Assembly: GCA_025451045.1 (NCBI GenBank)
Contig: JANWLD010000001.1
Coordinates: 69,812 to 133,811, forward strand
Source: Candidatus Saccharimonadales bacterium
GTDB taxonomy: Bacteria; Patescibacteriota; Saccharimonadia; Saccharimonadales; 2-12-FULL-41-12
Direction of reading: 5' to 3'
Length of the DNA stretch: 64,000 bases
The notes below the pieces were generated by a model, which saw only the letters and a program-made list of their open reading frames with translations, was not told the DNA's origin and did no database searches. Each line of letters starts with the position of its first letter. Within the stretch, counting starts at the first letter, position 1. The translations under genes and the position numbers were made by a program. Shown in pieces: positions 17,423 to 26,084 of this stretch.

Positions 17423-20023
17423 ATGAAACTGTCAAAAGTTTATGAGCCCAGCCAGTACGAATCCGACATCTACTGTATGTGGGAAGAAAGCGGCGCGTTC
17501 ATTGCCCATCCGCATAGTGATAAGCCGAAGTTTTCGGTTTCTATGCCTCCGCCGAATGAAACCGGTACGCTGAGTATCGGCCATGCCCTGTTTTTAACCC
17601 TTCAGGACATCATGGTTCGGCATGCCCGGCAGAAGGGCAAAGACGCGTTGTGGCTGCCCGGAACAGATCATGCGGCATTACCAGTCAACGCCATTATAGA
17701 GAAACAACTATCAGAGGAGGGGACTGATAAACACGATATCGGTCGGGAAGAGTTCTTGAAACGCACCAAGAAGTTCGTAGGAAATAGCAGGGAAGTAATG
17801 GCCAAACAAATGCGAGCGATGGGCGCCAGCTGCGACTGGTCGCGCTTCCGTTATACCTTGGACGACTCGCTCAACCGCGCAGTTAATGAAGTCTTCGTAC
17901 GGATGTATCAAGACGGGCTAATTTACAGGGGTAACCGTATCGTTAACTGGGATCCGAACCTGCAAACGACCATCTCTGACGATGAAATAGTTTATCGGGA
18001 AGAAACGGCCAAATTTTATACCCTTCAGTACGGCCCGTTCAAGATCGGTACCGCCCGGCCGGAAACCAAGTTCGGCGACAAGTATGTCGTCATGCATCCG
18101 GACGACAAGCGTTACGCTGATTATAAACACGGTGATACTTTTAAAGCCGAGTGGATAAACGGTCCGATAACGGCAACTGTCGTCAAGGACAAGGCTGTTG
18201 ACCCGGAGTTTGGAACAGGGGTGATGACGATTACGCCGTGGCATGACCACACCGACTTTGAAATTGCCGAGCGGCACAATCTGGACAAGCAACAGATTAT
18301 TGATTTTGACGGCAAATTAACGGATGTTGCCGGGGAATTTGCCGGTATGGAAATAGTCGAAGCCCGGCCAAAAATCATCGAAAAGTTGGATAAAAAAGGC
18401 CTGTTGGTAAGTGTTGATAATGACTATGTCCACAACATTGCCTTAAACGACCGCGGCAAGGGGGTTATTGAGCCGCAAATAAAGTTGCAGTGGTTTGTTG
18501 ACGTCAACAAACCGGCCGTGGATTGGAAAGGCCAAAAATGCAGCTTGAAAGAGGTTATGCAGTCAACTGTCCGCGAAGGCGATATTAAAATTGTGCCGAA
18601 ACACTTTGAAAAAATGTATTTCCACTGGATAGACAACCTGCGTGACTGGTGCATCAGCCGCCAGATATGGTGGGGGCATCAAATACCGGTCTGGTATAAA
18701 AAGCACGAAACTTACGTCGGGGTAAAACCGCCGGAAGGCAAGGGCTGGAAACGCGATGAGGATACACTGGATACCTGGTTTAGCTCGGCCCTTTGGACCT
18801 GGAGTACGCTTATCGATCCGAAGCTGGCTAAGAATGACTCTTTGGGGTTAAACCAACTGTTAGAGCAAAGCAAAGACTTTCAGGCATATCATCCGACTAC
18901 AGTCATGGAAACCGGTTGGGACATCATTTTTTTCTGGGTAGCCCGGATGATCTTGTCCACTACTTACGCAACAGGGCAGGTACCGTTTAAGACAGTTTAT
19001 CTGCATGGCATGGTGCGCGCCGAAGACGGCAAGAAGATGAGCAAGAGCCGGCCGGAGTCGATAATCGATCCTCTTCACGTGATACCAAAATACGGAACCG
19101 ACGCTTTAAGGTTAGCGCTGGTGATGGGTGTTTCCCCTGGAAATGACCAAAATTGGGGTACAGCCAAAGCGGAAACTAACCGCAATTTCTGCAACAAACT
19201 TTGGAATATTGCCAGATACATCGAAAGCCAGACAGATAAGCTACAGCCCGACGCCGAACCCAAACCGCAAACTCCAGCCGACCATTGGGTGCTCTCCAAG
19301 CTGGATAAGGCCATAAAGCAGATAGACGAGAGTATTGAGAACTTCAATTTCAGCGGAGCTTACTTCGACCTGTATCACCTCATCTGGGACGATGTAGCCG
19401 ACTGGTATATCGAAGCGGCCAAGCACAATCCTGACCCGGCGATGCTATCTTATGTACTTTCAACGATGCTTAAGCTGGCCCATCCGTTCGCACCGTTTGT
19501 GAGCGAAACGATTTGGCAAACACTGAAGCCAGATAGTAATTCGATGTTGATAGGCGAGCCGTGGCCTAATCATGTGAAATATAATGCCGAAACGGCCGTT
19601 GAGTTTGAACAGATAAAATCGATAGTCGCGGAAGTGCGGCAAATTAAGACTCTGTTGGAGCTCAAAGGCGGGGAACTGCGCTTTAAAGAATCCAAAATCA
19701 TCTTTGACAATGCCGAAATTATCAAACGTTTGAGCAGGCTTGATGCGGTTTCGTCGGTCGGCGGCGGCAGAGGGCTGATGCTAACCCAAACCAGCGAGCA
19801 GTCCTGGCTGGACATCGACAAAAAGATGGCGGTCAAATTAAGCGATACTCTCAAAGACCGGGAAAAACAATTACAAAAATCCATAAATCACTTAAATGAC
19901 AGGCTAGGGAACCCTTCCTACGCCGAAAAAGCCCCTCAATCGCTGGTAGATGAAACCCGCGCGCAACTGGCAAAGGCCGAAGAAGAACAGCTAAAAGTCA
20001 AAAACCTCCTCGCCCGCCTATAG
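17423..20023 (+). CDS. valS: Valyl-tRNA synthetase
   Basis: PPPNETGTLSIGHA (HIGH), KMSKSRPES (KMSKS) and a C-terminal coiled coil. ATG at 17423; the track begins at a TTG at 17417. Confidence 0.95.
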   Translation: MKLSKVYEPSQYESDIYCMWEESGAFIAHPHSDKPKFSVSMPPPNETGTLSIGHALFLTLQDIMVRHARQKGKDALWLPGTDHAALPVNAIIEKQLSEEGTDKHDIGREEFLKRTKKFVGNSREVMAKQMRAMGASCDWSRFRYTLDDSLNRAVNEVFVRMYQDGLIYRGNRIVNWDPNLQTTISDDEIVYREETAKFYTLQYGPFKIGTARPETKFGDKYVVMHPDDKRYADYKHGDTFKAEWINGPITATVVKDKAVDPEFGTGVMTITPWHDHTDFEIAERHNLDKQQIIDFDGKLTDVAGEFAGMEIVEARPKIIEKLDKKGLLVSVDNDYVHNIALNDRGKGVIEPQIKLQWFVDVNKPAVDWKGQKCSLKEVMQSTVREGDIKIVPKHFEKMYFHWIDNLRDWCISRQIWWGHQIPVWYKKHETYVGVKPPEGKGWKRDEDTLDTWFSSALWTWSTLIDPKLAKNDSLGLNQLLEQSKDFQAYHPTTVMETGWDIIFFWVARMILSTTYATGQVPFKTVYLHGMVRAEDGKKMSKSRPESIIDPLHVIPKYGTDALRLALVMGVSPGNDQNWGTAKAETNRNFCNKLWNIARYIESQTDKLQPDAEPKPQTPADHWVLSKLDKAIKQIDESIENFNFSGAYFDLYHLIWDDVADWYIEAAKHNPDPAMLSYVLSTMLKLAHPFAPFVSETIWQTLKPDSNSMLIGEPWPNHVKYNAETAVEFEQIKSIVAEVRQIKTLLELKGGELRFKESKIIFDNAEIIKRLSRLDAVSSVGGGRGLMLTQTSEQSWLDIDKKMAVKLSDTLKDREKQLQKSINHLNDRLGNPSYAEKAPQSLVDETRAQLAKAEEEQLKVKNLLARL

Positions 20024-20171
20024 CCAGAGGTTTAGTTTTTTGAATCGAAACAGTCCAATTACTAGCAATCATTTGTAGAATGTAGGCAGTCGCAAACGCC
20101 ACAGGCTTGAGCTATGCGAAACCTGTAAAGAGCTGCAGGAGTTCTATTAATGATTGCCTGTGGAGAAAAAA

Positions 20172-21044
20172 CTAAAACTCCAAAGCCTTCTTGACCCGCT
20201 CTACGGATTCGTCCGGATGATAATCGTCAAACCACAACACGTGCCAGCCCAGCCGGGCAGCAGCCATAAGGTTCGGGCGGGAATCATCAATTAACAGTAG
20301 GGAAGTCGGCTCAACGCCGGCTTCTTTGGCGGCCAGTTTATAGATTTCTGATTCCGGCTTAATGAATCCGGTCTGTGAAGAGTCAATTATCACGTCATAA
20401 GAAACATCCGGCAGCAGGTTTTGGGCAAACATGGCTTTTATCAGGCCGGGCATGTTGTTACTTAGCAGGCCGACGCGGTAATGTTCAGCCGCCCACTTGA
20501 TAAGTTCAACGGTTTCAGTGATTGGCTCTACCGCATTGAGATAAAACCGCGCCCAATCAACTCCTGGAACTGCGAATTTTTCGGCTAATAACTGGTTGAA
20601 GTCGGCCATTGAGATATCACCGCGGCAGACCAGATCGTTGTACTGCCAGAAGTTAGTTTCAACGACCTCCATCGGTATTCCTGATTCCTCGGCAATCAAA
20701 GCAAAGGTGCGATGAAAAAAGCGTACTATACTGCCGTTGATGTCGAAATAGATGAACTGGATGCCGCTTTTAGAGCGTTTTTTATCTGTTTGCAAGCGGG
20801 AGGGGGCTTCGCCGCCTAAAAGCTCCTCTATGGACGTATTGATGGCCTTTGCGATAGCCAAAATGGTAAAGACCGATGGAGCTTTGATGGCGCCGCGTTC
20901 AATCTTGGCTAGCGTGGAATAACTTATGCCCGATACTTGGCATAGCTTCTGCTGAGTATAGCCAGCTGCTTTTCTCGCCTGTTGAATACTAAGGCCCAAT
21001 CCCTTTTCCATTTTTTGCCCGCCCACTTTAGAAGATATAACCAT
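20172..21044 (-). CDS. XRE-family HTH domain fused to HAD-like hydrolase domain
   Basis: 290 aa. N-terminus SIQQARKAAGYTQQKLCQVSGISYSTLAKIERG is a Cro/C1 HTH. C-terminus has HAD-like motifs (FIYFDINGSIV, GLLSNN, LLIDDSRPNLMAAARLGW). Motif I reads D-I-N rather than DxD. The start is uncertain (M1 or M12). Confidence 0.7.
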   Translation of the reverse strand: MVISSKVGGQKMEKGLGLSIQQARKAAGYTQQKLCQVSGISYSTLAKIERGAIKAPSVFTILAIAKAINTSIEELLGGEAPSRLQTDKKRSKSGIQFIYFDINGSIVRFFHRTFALIAEESGIPMEVVETNFWQYNDLVCRGDISMADFNQLLAEKFAVPGVDWARFYLNAVEPITETVELIKWAAEHYRVGLLSNNMPGLIKAMFAQNLLPDVSYDVIIDSSQTGFIKPESEIYKLAAKEAGVEPTSLLLIDDSRPNLMAAARLGWHVLWFDDYHPDESVERVKKALEF

Positions 21045-21081
21045 ATATTACCAGTAAGCCACAGCTACTGCCAAGGGCGGT

Positions 21082-21267
21082 TTACTTGCTGAGGGCTGAG
21101 TCGATGAGACTAAGTATGCTGAGGAAGATGATAAAGACAATAACGGCGGTTGCGGCGGTAATCGTCAAAGAGTTGTTGGTGTTATTACCGGTGTGGCGCA
21201 TCACTTTGTTATAAACCCAGGCCGATACGCCAACGGCGGCAAAAAGCGATATCAGGATTGGAGACAT
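21082..21267 (-). CDS. Small two-helix membrane protein (hypothetical)
   Basis: 61 aa with two hydrophobic segments. It abuts the likely start of the divergent gene. Confidence 0.4.
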   Translation of the reverse strand: MSPILISLFAAVGVSAWVYNKVMRHTGNNTNNSLTITAATAVIVFIIFLSILSLIDSALSK

Positions 21268-22335
21268 ATGCTAATTATACATCGGGCCGGGCCGCGCTAT
21301 AATATAAGCGAAGTGAATATTGCTAAGTTTTTTCGGGGAATAGCGGTTTACCTGCTAGGGACAGCCTTGTTTTTTACGCTGTTTTTACTGGCATATTTCT
21401 TTGTCTTCAGCCGGGTAACAGCAAATCCGGATCAGGTGAAGTCGATACTGCGAAATAGCGGCGCGTATCATAAAATTCCAGAGGTCATCTATGATAACTC
21501 GGTGGATTCAAACTCAACCACCTCGGCCAGCATACCGCTGAAAAGCCCTCTCGTCCGCCAGGCGGCTCTTGACAGCTTCAACCCGGACTTTGTCCAGAAA
21601 AACATCGAAAATGTAATAGATGGCACTTACGATTGGCTAGGCGGTCAGAGTAATGAGCCAAAGTTTGAGGTCAATTTGAAGGAAGTTAAAGATAATTTCG
21701 CCAAATCCTTGAGTGAAAGCGCCAGCCGACGCCTGAAAGACCTGCCGGTCTGTAGCGCCAAACAGATGCAGAAAATTAAGGAAATTGATGCTTTTTCCAG
21801 CCCGTGTTTGCTACCCGGAACTGATGTCAACAAACTGAAAAAGCAGGTGCTGGCCGCCGCCAAAGGCAGTGATAACTTTCTTAAAGAAACAAAAATAAGC
21901 CCGTCTACCTTCAAAGATTCGGACGGGCAACCGGTATTTGATAATTATCCGGACATTCCGCAGGCTTACCAGCTAGGGGTTAAGATGCCGTATATTTTGG
22001 CTGTTTTGTGCATACTGATGATTGCCGGATTGGTTTTTATGCACGATAAGCGCGAAGAGGGCTTGACTCAAGCAGGCAAGTTATTGGCCGCCGCCGGTGT
22101 ATTGATAGCTTTCATACCATTTCTGATTAACCATTTAGCGAATGGTATCTTAAGGTCAGGGCCGGATGATAAAGTCGTAGCGGAACTAGCCATGCCGATA
22201 GTGCATGAGTTCGCTAAAACAGCCGGCAAATTTTACTTCATAGCGGCCGCGATTTATATTTTACTGGCAGCTGCCGCCTTTTACCTGGCCTGGAAAATAT
22301 CAGAAAATAAGACTGCTAAGAAGGGTAAAAACTAG
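21268..22335 (+). CDS. Membrane protein (hypothetical; N-terminal TM, central soluble domain, C-terminal multi-TM)
   Basis: I take the in-frame ATG at 21268 because the track start at 21193 overlaps the opposite small ORF. There are 4-5 hydrophobic helices and no recognisable motif. Confidence 0.6.
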   Translation: MLIIHRAGPRYNISEVNIAKFFRGIAVYLLGTALFFTLFLLAYFFVFSRVTANPDQVKSILRNSGAYHKIPEVIYDNSVDSNSTTSASIPLKSPLVRQAALDSFNPDFVQKNIENVIDGTYDWLGGQSNEPKFEVNLKEVKDNFAKSLSESASRRLKDLPVCSAKQMQKIKEIDAFSSPCLLPGTDVNKLKKQVLAAAKGSDNFLKETKISPSTFKDSDGQPVFDNYPDIPQAYQLGVKMPYILAVLCILMIAGLVFMHDKREEGLTQAGKLLAAAGVLIAFIPFLINHLANGILRSGPDDKVVAELAMPIVHEFAKTAGKFYFIAAAIYILLAAAAFYLAWKISENKTAKKGKN

Positions 22336-22336
22336 T

Positions 22337-23407
22337 ATGGACTACACGCTTAATAACCAGCCAAAGAGCAATAAAACTGAAGTAATCATCGGCGAAGACG
22401 CCTTAGAGCAACTGGGCCGGTTTTCAGGAAGTTACACCAAAACCGCAATCATAAGCGATGAAAGCGCGGCAAAGTATTGCTTGGGGCCGGTGCAAGACGC
22501 TTTGGGCAGAAAAGTTGAAAAAATCATTTTGCCGGACGGGGAAGCTAATAAAAACTTGAGGTTCGCCGAAGATATTTTGCGGCAACTGCGCGAAGCGGGC
22601 TTTGACAGAAAAAGTTTGATTATCGGACTCGGCGGCGGAGTAATAAACGACATTGTCGGATTTGCGGCCAGCATGTATATGCGCGGGGTTGATTGGCTGG
22701 TACTGCCAACGACATTGATAGCCCAGGCCGATGCTTCGATAGGTGGTAAAACAGGGGTAAATTTGGGCGGTTACAAGAACATGGTCGGCAGTTTTTGGCC
22801 GCCAAAAGCTGTGCTTATTAATCCAAAGTTTTTAAAAACCCTGCCACTGCGACAGATAAGGAACGGCTTGGCAGAAATTATCAAAATGGGGTTTATCGCC
22901 GATGCGGAAATACTTGATGAGGTGCAAAAAATTGAGCCGGAAAAAATCCTCGGCGTTCATTTAAATAAAGCCTCCGAGTTGGCCGCCAAAGCCAAAATTG
23001 AAATTGTTAACAGCGATATGTATGAATCGGGCGGGCGAAAACTGCTTAATTTTGGCCACACTATCGGCCATGCTTTGGAGTCAATTTCCTTGGAAACGGA
23101 CGAGCCGTTACTACACGGCGAAGCAATCTCTATCGGCATGGCAGCTGAAGCAAAGCTGGCGGAGCTGGAAGACGTTTGCAAGCCGGAACTAGTTGAAAAT
23201 ATCAAAGAAACTTTAACGCGCTTCGGTCTGCCAACTTCTTATAAACACGCTGTTATAGGCGATATTTTGGAGCGCATTCTGGCCGACAAGAAAAATGTCG
23301 GCAAGGATATTAATTGGACCCTGCCCAAAGCCGCCGGAGAAGGTCTTTACAACCACCTGGCTGATGATATTAATATCAAAGAAGCTATAAAATCCGTTAT
23401 TATTTAA
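22337..23407 (+). CDS. aroB: 3-dehydroquinate synthase
   Basis: 356 aa. GGGVINDIVGFAAS, LNFGHTIGHALE and HGEAISIGM metal/NAD motifs. Confidence 0.9.
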   Translation: MDYTLNNQPKSNKTEVIIGEDALEQLGRFSGSYTKTAIISDESAAKYCLGPVQDALGRKVEKIILPDGEANKNLRFAEDILRQLREAGFDRKSLIIGLGGGVINDIVGFAASMYMRGVDWLVLPTTLIAQADASIGGKTGVNLGGYKNMVGSFWPPKAVLINPKFLKTLPLRQIRNGLAEIIKMGFIADAEILDEVQKIEPEKILGVHLNKASELAAKAKIEIVNSDMYESGGRKLLNFGHTIGHALESISLETDEPLLHGEAISIGMAAEAKLAELEDVCKPELVENIKETLTRFGLPTSYKHAVIGDILERILADKKNVGKDINWTLPKAAGEGLYNHLADDINIKEAIKSVII

Positions 23408-23418
23408 GGGAAAGTGTT

Positions 23419-24027
23419 TTGAAAGAACAAGAAAGCTACGAAGAAGCCAGGATAAAGAAAATTTATCTCAAAATTTTAGAGGGTAAGCTTCTTTTTATTA
23501 TCGGTATCCCTCTTCTGGCCATCTTGATAACTGTTTTTGTTTTTCATTTTTACAGGGTTGACGGCTCGTCGATGGAGCATACTTTCCAAGACCGGAATCT
23601 GTTAATGGTTGAAAAAACGGGTAAAAGTTTCTCCAAGCTATTTCATAAAACCTACGTGCCAAAACGCTATGAAATAATAGTTTTTAAACAACCGTCGTAT
23701 GATCCAAGCCTTGAAATAGTTAAAAGGGTAATCGGGCTTCCGGGTGAGCGGGTAGTGGTTAAGGACGATAAGGTGACAGTTTATAACAACCAGCATCCCG
23801 AAGGCTTCATGCCGGATGATAACCTACCCCCGCAAACACAGGTAGTAAAAGATGTTTACGATCATGACAATGTTGACGTGCGCCTGAAGCCCGGTGAAGT
23901 TTTCGTTATGGGCGACAACCGGCCCGGCTCGGATGATTCGCGTTATTTCGGCCCGGTTAAGACTGACAATATTATCGGCAAAGTCACCCTTAGAATACTG
24001 CCGCTGAACGAGTTTTGGATTTTATAA
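23419..24027 (+). CDS. lepB: Signal peptidase I
   Basis: 202 aa. N-terminal TM, VDGSSMEHTF (catalytic Ser), VKRVIGLPGERV (Lys box) and GDNRPGSDDSRYFGPV. Confidence 0.9.
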   Translation: MKEQESYEEARIKKIYLKILEGKLLFIIGIPLLAILITVFVFHFYRVDGSSMEHTFQDRNLLMVEKTGKSFSKLFHKTYVPKRYEIIVFKQPSYDPSLEIVKRVIGLPGERVVVKDDKVTVYNNQHPEGFMPDDNLPPQTQVVKDVYDHDNVDVRLKPGEVFVMGDNRPGSDDSRYFGPVKTDNIIGKVTLRILPLNEFWIL

Positions 24028-24031
24028 ACCC

Positions 24032-24052
24032 TGGCGGAGAGGGTGGGATTCG
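24032..24052 (-). repeat. Orphan copy of a tRNA-Ser 3' end (21 nt)
   Basis: tggcggagagggtgggattcg is identical to 24156-24176, the 3' end of tRNA-Ser(CGA) in the same orientation, 124 bp away. There is no matching 5' acceptor strand, so this is not a tRNA. Confidence 0.7.
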
Positions 24053-24155
24053 CTTTTCTCGATGAATCTCCAAAAGTGCCTGGGAAGTCCACCGGACTTC
24101 CCGTTCGAATCCTATCAACATTGAAAATACCAGGCATAAAACCCGGTTTTTTCAA

Positions 24156-24245
24156 TGGCGGAGAGGGTGGGATTCGAACCCACGAAAGTATTGCTACTTT
24201 ACCGCTTTTCGAGAGCGGCCAGTTCAACCACTCCTGCACCTCTCC
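24156..24245 (-). tRNA. tRNA-Ser (anticodon CGA), CCA encoded
   Basis: Reverse complement GGAGAGGTGCAGGAGTGGTTGAACTGGCCGCTCTCGAAAAGCGGTAAAGTAGCAATACTTTCGTGGGTTCGAATCCCACCCTCTCCGCCA. It has a 7-bp acceptor stem, anticodon stem CCGCT/AGCGG with loop CTCGAAA, a long variable arm and a GTTCGAATC T-loop. Confidence 0.9.
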
Positions 24246-24281
24246 GTTAATTCCATTATACTTGTTATAATCTTAGCCTGA

Positions 24282-24371
24282 GGAGAGGTGTCCGAGCGGT
24301 TTAAGGAAACGGTCTTGAAAACCGTCAGGCCGGAAACGGTCTCGTGGGTTCGAATCCCACCCTCTCCGCCA
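24282..24371 (+). tRNA. tRNA-Ser (anticodon UGA), CCA encoded
   Basis: GGAGAGGTGTCCGAGCGGTTTAAGGAAACGGTCTTGAAAACCGTCAGGCCGGAAACGGTCTCGTGGGTTCGAATCCCACCCTCTCCGCCA. Anticodon stem ACGGT/ACCGT with loop CTTGAAA, and a long variable arm. Confidence 0.9.
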
Positions 24372-24475
24372 AGCCTTGTGGGACAAGCTTCGAACCACTT
24401 AACAGAGATAGGTAGTTAAGTTCGAATCCCACCTATTATTGCTTATAACACTAAGCTAATTGTAACAATTTAGAT

Positions 24476-25408
24476 TTATTTCTTTTTCAAACCCGGTTTG
24501 GCTAGAGCCTGTTTGTTGGCGTCTTTTGCTATCAGGTAAATAGAACCGGTTAGGACTATCGCGCCGATGCCCTGTGTCAGCGTCAAGCCCTGGTCAAGCC
24601 AGATATAACCGACGATTACGGCTGAAAGCGGCCAAGTCAGTTCAATCAGCGCGGCACGCGAGGCCAAAATCCGCTTCAGACCGAAATAGTAGATTAACAG
24701 CGCCACCATGCCGGTTGAGAAAGTTATAGCTACTAAGTATTTGAACTCGCTCAAAGTAATTGAGCCAAGCGCGCCGGCGCTGCCCGACAACCAGACAAAA
24801 ACCAGCGCGAAAAACGGAGTTATGCCGAAGCGTGCCGTGGTGATATGCAGGGTCGAAGTGTCCTTGAGCGCGTATTTGGAAAATGCCGTGGAAGTACCCC
24901 ATGCCGCTGCCGCACCCACCGCATACAGGGCCGCTACTGCCGTGCCAGAGCCTGTCGAAAAATTCACTGTCAGGGCAGGGAAAGTCACGACATAAGCCGC
25001 GGCTAGAGCAACGGCTGCAAGGCCAACAAAACGCCGCGTAAGCGGTTCGCGCAGTAAAATAGCCGAGGCCGTAATAGCAAAAATCGGATTAAGCTGCTGC
25101 AGCAGAACTACCACCGAAAAGTCTATGAACTGTACCCGGCCAAGAGCTGCCGTATAAAGAATGGTGCCGACCGCGCCCGACAGAAATGCTACACCAGTAA
25201 TCGCATACCACTGTTTGCGGGTTAGCTTTTTAAAGGCTTTAAATGACGCAATCGCGAACGGCGCCAAGATTATCAGGCCGAACAAGTGCTCATAAAACAC
25301 AATCACCGATGGCGGCAGCGTATAAAGATGCCTCCTTAGCAGCCCGTCCACGCTAAAAAGCAAAGCCGCTAAAAGCAAGGCGGCAACGCCATATTTACTA
25401 TATTTCAT
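24476..25408 (-). CDS. EamA/DMT-family transporter (10 TM)
   Basis: 310 aa with ~10 hydrophobic helices in a duplicated 5+5 arrangement typical of the drug/metabolite transporter superfamily. Confidence 0.8.
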   Translation of the reverse strand: MKYSKYGVAALLLAALLFSVDGLLRRHLYTLPPSVIVFYEHLFGLIILAPFAIASFKAFKKLTRKQWYAITGVAFLSGAVGTILYTAALGRVQFIDFSVVVLLQQLNPIFAITASAILLREPLTRRFVGLAAVALAAAYVVTFPALTVNFSTGSGTAVAALYAVGAAAAWGTSTAFSKYALKDTSTLHITTARFGITPFFALVFVWLSGSAGALGSITLSEFKYLVAITFSTGMVALLIYYFGLKRILASRAALIELTWPLSAVIVGYIWLDQGLTLTQGIGAIVLTGSIYLIAKDANKQALAKPGLKKK

Positions 25409-25617
25409 TGTTTTACCCTTTCTGTTGCCCCTCTTGACAACATCCGCCTAGGCGAATCCCGACTATACGGTCGGCCCATGATTTTCACACGGTCATCCAC
25501 TGCTTTTAGAACAATGGTCGACGGCTATAACGTCCGATTGGCGAATTTCACGCCACCCACAGGAAATTAAATTTTGATGCAAATACAATATTACACTTTT
25601 TACATGTTTTTATGCAA
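25409..25617 (-). promoter_or_regulatory. Promoter plus structured ~170-nt leader of the DMT transporter (candidate cis-regulatory RNA)
   Basis: The minus strand reads TTGCAT (25617-25612), an 18-nt spacer, then TAATAT (25593-25588). The leader that follows has several hairpins (ggcg-tgaaatt-cgcc; gacg-ttatagc-cgtc; ccgac-cgtata-gtcgg; palindrome cgcctaggcg) and a repeated attcgcc element. Confidence 0.35.
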
Positions 25618-25621
25618 GGAT

Positions 25622-25984
25622 TTACCAAATACCGACAAGATGGGTAACTACTAAGGCCAAAGCGACGATTATGATGCCCCCTGTCTGGATGAAAGGCTCA
25701 TGGCCCAGAGTTGGCAGTTTGCCGCGCCGGATTGCTTTGTCTGCCGCCTGGAAGCGTACATAGCCAATAGTCGCCATGAAGGCGCCAAGCAAGACCACGA
25801 CAGTGCCGATGATATTTTGAGTCGCGCTGTCCTCGTTGGACAGCTGGATTAGGGCTATGCCGCCGGCCAAAATGGCCAGAGCAGTACGGATCCAAGCTAG
25901 CAAAGTCCGTTCGTTTGCCAACAAAAAGCGTACGTCCGGATCCAAATTTTTAGTTTTTGGATTCTTTTTAGTATTTTTAACCAT
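25622..25984 (-). CDS. DUF202/YidH-like small membrane protein
   Basis: 120 aa. The LANERTLLAWIRTALAILAGGIAL signature followed by two more TM helices. Confidence 0.75.
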   Translation of the reverse strand: MVKNTKKNPKTKNLDPDVRFLLANERTLLAWIRTALAILAGGIALIQLSNEDSATQNIIGTVVVLLGAFMATIGYVRFQAADKAIRRGKLPTLGHEPFIQTGGIIIVALALVVTHLVGIW

Positions 25985-26084
25985 TTAGCACTTACAGATT
26001 AAAATATTTTGCCGGCGATGGCAAATTGCACTAGAGGTACGCCAGAGATTAGACTAATCCATATAAATATATTATGGTTGGTTA

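Noticed and set aside
20065-20163. Complementary segments in the valS / XRE-HAD convergent spacer. aatgattgcctgtgg (20149-20163) is complementary to two separate upstream segments: gcaatcatt (20065-20073) and ccacaggc (20099-20106).
   Set aside because: The stems are real but short (8-9 bp) and either mutually exclusive or pseudoknotted. There is no U-tract, promoter or conservation information. This is insufficient to call a terminator or an RNA gene.
24374-24445. A possible fourth tRNA after tRNA-Ser(UGA), suggested by the gttcgaatccc T-loop-like string. A possible tRNA or tmRNA-like gene at 24055-24125 was suggested by a perfect 9-bp hairpin followed by gttcgaatcc.
   Set aside because: No acceptor stem or T-stem complementarity can be drawn around either T-loop-like string. 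I interpret them as tRNA-derived fragments or scars.
25409-25621. Assignment of the DMT-transporter leader to a known riboswitch class (fluoride crcB, ZTP/pfl, guanidine-I/ykkC, TPP).
   Set aside because: The leader loosely resembles the fluoride motif (GGCG...TTCGCC followed by a hairpin). However, the conserved 3' pseudoknot segment and the other invariant nucleotides I remember for these classes are absent. It is kept only as an unclassified candidate.
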